From contig JAJNQB010000016.1 in assembly GCA_021155045.1 (NCBI GenBank), forward strand, positions 3,109 through 67,108: a stretch of 64,000 nt of DNA. Direction: 5' to 3'. Below, piece after piece: positions 59,531 through 64,000 of this stretch. The translations under genes were made by a program, and so were the position numbers. Each line of letters opens with the position of its first letter. Within the stretch, counting starts at the first letter, position 1. Source of the stretch: Arcticibacter sp. (GTDB lineage Bacteria; Bacteroidota; Bacteroidia; 2-12-FULL-35-15). The notes below the pieces were generated by a model, which was given only the letters and a program-made list of their open reading frames with translations, was not told where the DNA came from and ran no database searches.

Positions 59531-60774
59531 TGAAACACATTAATATATTTTTTACATTTTTGTTTTTTTCATTTTATAGTTTCTCGCAAATTAATTCCTA
59601 TACATTCAAAAGAAAGCTTGATTCAGTTGGCGTTGATGGATATTATTCTATTCCATTAAGCCCTGAAATAACGTCAAAAAGTAAAAGTAGCTTAAACGAT
59701 TTAAGGCTTTATCAGATTAGGGAGAATGATACAATTGAAGTTCCTTATTTAATAAACTACAAAGGAGATAAAGTTGAAAACAAAGAATCTTTTTTTGAAC
59801 TAATTAATACCGTGTCTAATTTGAAGTGTTGCTCTTTTGTAACGCTCAAAATGAATAAAAGAAGAATAATAAACACCATTTATTTTGATATAGAACAATC
59901 AAATTTTGATAAAAACATTACTGTTGAAGGTAGCAATAACAATAAAGATTGGTATGTCATAAAAACTCATTTACGAATAACAGGATTCTATAATAATTCA
60001 ATTAATTTTAAATCAACCAGTATTGATTTTCCAAATGCTGAATACGAATATTTTAGAATAAAACTGGATGATGATGCTAGTGAAAAAGTTGTTATTCATA
60101 AGGCGGTTGCTTACGAAAGTTCTGTAAACAATGGAGAATATGATAAGTTGGTGGTTTTAAGTAAAAAGCAAACTAATAATAAAGAAACTAAAACATCAGA
60201 AACAGTAATTAATTATGGTGCCAATCAGATTATTAACTACATAAAAATTAATTGTGTAAACAAAGAAAATTTTTATCGCAATATTAATATTTACAAATCT
60301 ATTGGGACTTTCCCTACAGCTAAAGGAAAAGAAGAAGCATGGCAACTTATATCAACTGGTATTTTAGCATCTGATAGAGAAAATAAATTCAATTTAAATA
60401 ATTCACAAACTACAAAACTTAAAATAGAAGTTATTAATTACGATAATCAACCTATTGAGATAACAGATGTAGAAGCCTATTCAGAAAAAATTGAATTGAT
60501 TTCTAAATTGCCATTAAACGGATTGGTTTATTTGGCTTATGGAAAAGAAAATGAAAAAGCTCCCGTTTATGATTTAGTACATTTTAAATCTAAAATCCCT
60601 GAAAATTTGAATTCGATTAAGCTTGGAAAAGAAGAAACTAAAATTGAAAAACTCGAAAAAAAGTCTGCCTTAATTGAAAATAAAATTTGGCTTTGGGTTG
60701 CATTAGGCTCTCTGGTGCTTTTGATCGGCTATTTTGCTCTAAAAATGCTTAAAAATGAGCAGTCTAAGGACTAA
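59530..60774 (+). CDS. DUF3999-like secreted/anchored protein
   Basis: Signal peptide and a C-terminal TM anchor (IWLWVALGSLVLLIGYFALK). The start ATG overlaps the upstream stop (TAATG), suggesting translational coupling with the DUF2339-like gene. Confidence 0.4.
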   Translation: MKHINIFFTFLFFSFYSFSQINSYTFKRKLDSVGVDGYYSIPLSPEITSKSKSSLNDLRLYQIRENDTIEVPYLINYKGDKVENKESFFELINTVSNLKCCSFVTLKMNKRRIINTIYFDIEQSNFDKNITVEGSNNNKDWYVIKTHLRITGFYNNSINFKSTSIDFPNAEYEYFRIKLDDDASEKVVIHKAVAYESSVNNGEYDKLVVLSKKQTNNKETKTSETVINYGANQIINYIKINCVNKENFYRNINIYKSIGTFPTAKGKEEAWQLISTGILASDRENKFNLNNSQTTKLKIEVINYDNQPIEITDVEAYSEKIELISKLPLNGLVYLAYGKENEKAPVYDLVHFKSKIPENLNSIKLGKEETKIEKLEKKSALIENKIWLWVALGSLVLLIGYFALKMLKNEQSKD

Positions 60775-60863
60775 CATTTAAGCTTTCTTTTACCGTTGCA
60801 CATTTAAAATAATAGTTTATTTTTGTAACCTCTTTAAACTTTACAAACTATTATATTAAAATT

Positions 60864-62180
60864 ATGGCACAAGTTGAGTTAATAATGCCAAAAATGGGCG
60901 AAAGTGTTGCAGAAGCAACAATTATTAAATGGTTGAAAAATGAAGGCGATAAAATAGCTGCTGATGAAACAGTTCTTGAAATTGCTACCGATAAAGTTGA
61001 TTCCGAAATTCCTTCTACTGCTGAAGGTACATTATTAAAAAAACTTTTTAATGAAGGTGATGTGGTGCAAGTTGGTAAAGCCATTGCCATCATCAGTACT
61101 GATACAAATGCTACAGTAGAATCTCCTAAAGTGGAAGCACCAGTTGTGGCAAATACAAATACCGTTTTAAAAGAAGTGGCTGTTTCTCCAGCAGTTGAAG
61201 TAGCAGCTATCGAAAAAAAATCTGCTGCTGGTAAATTTTATTCTCCATTGGTTAGAACCATTGCACAAAAAGAAGGTGTTTCGGTTACTGAATTAGATGC
61301 AATTAGCGGAACTGGCTTAAATGGAAGAGTTACAAAAAACGATTTATTAGCATATATTCCAAATAAAGGAAAACAAACTACTCAAACACAAGTTGTAAAA
61401 GAAACAAGTGTTGTAAGTACTCCAAGTTCAAATGGCGCAACACATACAAAACCTGCTATTTCTGTAAATGCAGGTGATGAAATTATTGAAATGGATCGTA
61501 TGCGTAAGCTAATTGCCGACCACATGGTAATGAGTAAGCATACATCACCTCATGTTACATCGTTTGTGGAAGCAGATGTAACAAATGTGGTATTGTGGAG
61601 GGAAAAAGTTAAAAAGAATTTAGAAAAACGCGAAGGAGAAAAACTAACGTTTACTCCAATATTTATTGAAGCATTGGTAAAAGCAATTAAAGATTTTCCG
61701 ATGATTAATGTTTCATTAGATGGAACAAAAATCATCAAACGAAAAAATATCAATATTGGTATGGCTGCTGCTTTACCGAGTGGCAATTTAATTGTGCCAG
61801 TAATTAAAAATGCCGACCAACTAAATTTGTTAGGCTTAACTAAACAAGTAAATGATTTAGCTAATCGTGCTAGAAATAATAAATTGGCTCCAGACGACAT
61901 ACAAGGCGGAACATACACTATTTCAAATGTGGGTTCTTTTGGTAATGTAATGGGAACACCAATTATTAACCAACCGCAAGTTGCAATTATGGCTGTGGGA
62001 GCAATTAAAAAGAAACCAGCAGTAATAGAAACTGCACATGGCGATTTAATTGGTATTCGTCATTTTATGTATTTATCACATTCGTACGATCATAGAGTTG
62101 TTGATGGTTCATTAGGAGGGCAGTTTGTTCGTAGAGTGGCTGATTATCTTGAGCAGTGGGATATTAATCGTGAAATTTAA
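60864..62180 (+). CDS. dihydrolipoamide acyltransferase (E2 component of a 2-oxoacid dehydrogenase complex)
   Basis: An N-terminal lipoyl domain (MPKMGESVAEATIIKWL...EIATDKV), a peripheral subunit-binding domain (SPLVRTIAQKEGV), and a catalytic domain with DHRVVDG. Confidence 0.85.
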   Translation: MAQVELIMPKMGESVAEATIIKWLKNEGDKIAADETVLEIATDKVDSEIPSTAEGTLLKKLFNEGDVVQVGKAIAIISTDTNATVESPKVEAPVVANTNTVLKEVAVSPAVEVAAIEKKSAAGKFYSPLVRTIAQKEGVSVTELDAISGTGLNGRVTKNDLLAYIPNKGKQTTQTQVVKETSVVSTPSSNGATHTKPAISVNAGDEIIEMDRMRKLIADHMVMSKHTSPHVTSFVEADVTNVVLWREKVKKNLEKREGEKLTFTPIFIEALVKAIKDFPMINVSLDGTKIIKRKNINIGMAAALPSGNLIVPVIKNADQLNLLGLTKQVNDLANRARNNKLAPDDIQGGTYTISNVGSFGNVMGTPIINQPQVAIMAVGAIKKKPAVIETAHGDLIGIRHFMYLSHSYDHRVVDGSLGGQFVRRVADYLEQWDINREI

Positions 62181-62197
62181 ATAAAAAATAAATAAAA

Positions 62198-64000
62198 ATG
62201 AATAAAGGTATTTTAAGGATTGTTTTTCTTTTTGTAGCATTAACAAACATTTCTGATTTAACAGCAAACACATTGGACAAAAATTACACCCAAATGTTTA
62301 GCAAGGCAGAAGAATATTTTGCTAATGAAAATTATACTGCTGCTTTACCTTTGTATATAAAATTAGATTCTATTGATAAAGGAACGAATGCGAATACAAA
62401 ATTTAAAATAGGTTTTTGTTATCTGAATGCCCCAACTTACAAAACAAAATCTATCCCGTATTTTGAAGATGCGATAAAAAAAATAACTTCTAGCTATGCC
62501 ATGGGAGATATTAAAGAAACAAAAGCCCCTTTAAGTACATATTATTATTTAGCACAAGCATATCATTTGAATTATGATTTTGATAAAGCTATTGAGACGT
62601 ATCAAAAATATATTGAAACACTTGGATCAGATACCGACCCTAAAGTTAAAAGTGAAATTGATGATGTAAAACACGATATAGAAACATGTAATAATGGAAA
62701 AGAATTAATTAAAAAACCTAAAAAAGCAATTATCACTAATCTTGGTGCTGAAATAAATTCGGCTTATGCAGATTATTCTCCATTAATTTCATTGGACGAA
62801 CAAACTTTGGTTTTTACATCAAGAAGAATAGGAGGAGCTAGCGATAGAAAAGAATTGAATGGAATGCATTTTGAAGATATTTATATTGCAGAATATAAAG
62901 ATGAAAAATGGCAAAAAGCAAAATTGATTGGCAAAAACATCAATGGGCAAGGGCACGAAGCAACCGTAAATTTATCTGCCGATGGATTAAAATTATTAAT
63001 ATATAAAGATGATGGAGGAAATGGAAATTTATATTTAAGTCAATATAAAGGAGATGCATGGCAATCGGCTGAATACGTTGGTGCCCCTGTAAATTCTTCT
63101 GCATGGGAAACTCATGCTTGTTTTAGTTCCGACAATCGAATTTTATACTTTGTGAGTGATAGAAGTGGAGGTTTTGGTGGTCGTGATATTTATAAATGTT
63201 TAAGATTACCAAACGGAGAATGGGGGCCACCACAAAATTTGGGTGAAACCATTAACACTAAATACGATGAAGATGGTGTGTTTATTCATCCTGATGGAAG
63301 ACAAATTTATTTTTCTTCAAAAGGACATCAATCCATGGGTGGCTTTGATATTTTTACATCTTACTTAGATGAAGAAAATGGTTTTTGGACTAGCCCTGTA
63401 AATTTTGGTTATCCAATAAACACGCCCGATGATGAAGTATTTATGGTTACTACTGCTGATGGTAAACGTTCTTTTTACTCGTCAGATAAAGAAGGTGGTT
63501 TTGGCGAAAAAGATATTTACATGATTTCTTACCAAGAGTTAGAACCAAGAGATATAACCATTTTAGTTGGTAAAATAATTAACTATAACAATGTGGATAT
63601 TTCAAACAACATGATTTATATCATTAATACAAAAAATAACGATACAATACAGGAGTTAGAAGCTAATCCTTCTACCGGAAAATTTGGTGCTAATTTACCT
63701 GTTGGAACATCTTACAAAACAATTTATAAAATAAACAATGAGATTGTTAAAGAAGAAGTATTAGATGCTCCAAGAGGAACACGTTACAATGTGATAAGAA
63801 GAGAAATCCCTTATGGAACTCCTTATGATAGTTTAAGAATAAAAGATTCATTAGCAGTATTAGCTAAAATGTGCAGCCCGCAAGAATCAAGTTATCAATT
63901 GAACTTTGCATATAATAAAAAACAAATTGATACTAAATCGGATGAGTTTGTTAAGTTTATTAACGCTTTAGCAAAATGTATAAAAAACAACCCTAATTTG
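62198..64000 (+). CDS. OmpA family protein with TPR and TolB-like beta-propeller repeats (partial, 3' end beyond window)
   Basis: Signal peptide and TPR-like N-terminus. Repeated PD40/TolB-type motifs (SxDxxxLYFxSDR..G...DIY). The frame stays open to the window end, where an OmpA-like domain begins. Confidence 0.7.
   Translation, partial: MNKGILRIVFLFVALTNISDLTANTLDKNYTQMFSKAEEYFANENYTAALPLYIKLDSIDKGTNANTKFKIGFCYLNAPTYKTKSIPYFEDAIKKITSSYAMGDIKETKAPLSTYYYLAQAYHLNYDFDKAIETYQKYIETLGSDTDPKVKSEIDDVKHDIETCNNGKELIKKPKKAIITNLGAEINSAYADYSPLISLDEQTLVFTSRRIGGASDRKELNGMHFEDIYIAEYKDEKWQKAKLIGKNINGQGHEATVNLSADGLKLLIYKDDGGNGNLYLSQYKGDAWQSAEYVGAPVNSSAWETHACFSSDNRILYFVSDRSGGFGGRDIYKCLRLPNGEWGPPQNLGETINTKYDEDGVFIHPDGRQIYFSSKGHQSMGGFDIFTSYLDEENGFWTSPVNFGYPINTPDDEVFMVTTADGKRSFYSSDKEGGFGEKDIYMISYQELEPRDITILVGKIINYNNVDISNNMIYIINTKNNDTIQELEANPSTGKFGANLPVGTSYKTIYKINNEIVKEEVLDAPRGTRYNVIRREIPYGTPYDSLRIKDSLAVLAKMCSPQESSYQLNFAYNKKQIDTKSDEFVKFINALAKCIKNNPNL

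Noticed and set aside
1-64000. Search for tRNA, rRNA, tmRNA, riboswitches and insertion sequences / transposase genes
   Set aside because: No intergenic region has the length or conserved motifs of these RNAs (for example no GTTCGAATC T-arm followed by CCA). No ORF shows DDE or serine-recombinase signatures. The only mobile-looking DNA consists of the short non-coding repeats reported above.

Overview
This 64 kb window is a low-GC, gene-dense chromosomal stretch with clear Bacteroidota (Flavobacteriia-like) signatures: T9SS C-terminal sorting domains, a bacillithiol gene (bshB1), and TAnnTTTG-type -7 promoter boxes. About 60 CDSs occupy both strands. Core housekeeping includes coaD, class I fructose-bisphosphate aldolase (fbaB-like), accD, an rpsO-pnp unit with an intergenic hairpin, pyrR-pyrB, RNase Z, Tex, glmM, aroE, a 2-oxoacid dehydrogenase E2, an IscS-like cysteine desulfurase, and an enoyl-CoA hydratase plus 3-hydroxyacyl-CoA dehydrogenase pair. 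The accessory-looking part is a Wzx/Wzy-type polysaccharide locus (GT4, FkbM methyltransferase, flippase, two tandem Wzz-like proteins, O-antigen polymerase/ligase). It also holds a cytoplasmic hybrid histidine kinase with an XylR-N/V4R-like sensor, a TPR/PP2C (SpoIIE-like) phosphatase, a phosphosulfolactate synthase (ComA) next to a rhodanese, a dihydroorotase-like protein lacking the metal-binding histidines, and several families of uncharacterised secreted proteins. No rRNA, tRNA or CRISPR was seen. The most unusual non-coding signals are two repeat families. One is an ~80 bp element with 12 bp terminal inverted repeats present in three intact copies (MITE-like). The other is a 50 bp perfectly duplicated direct repeat upstream of rpsO with a diverged inverted copy 12 kb away. 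The most unusual coding signal is a tandem triplet of paralogous ~150 aa secreted cysteine-containing proteins. Several ORF-track starts are TTG/GTG; more likely ATG starts are proposed.
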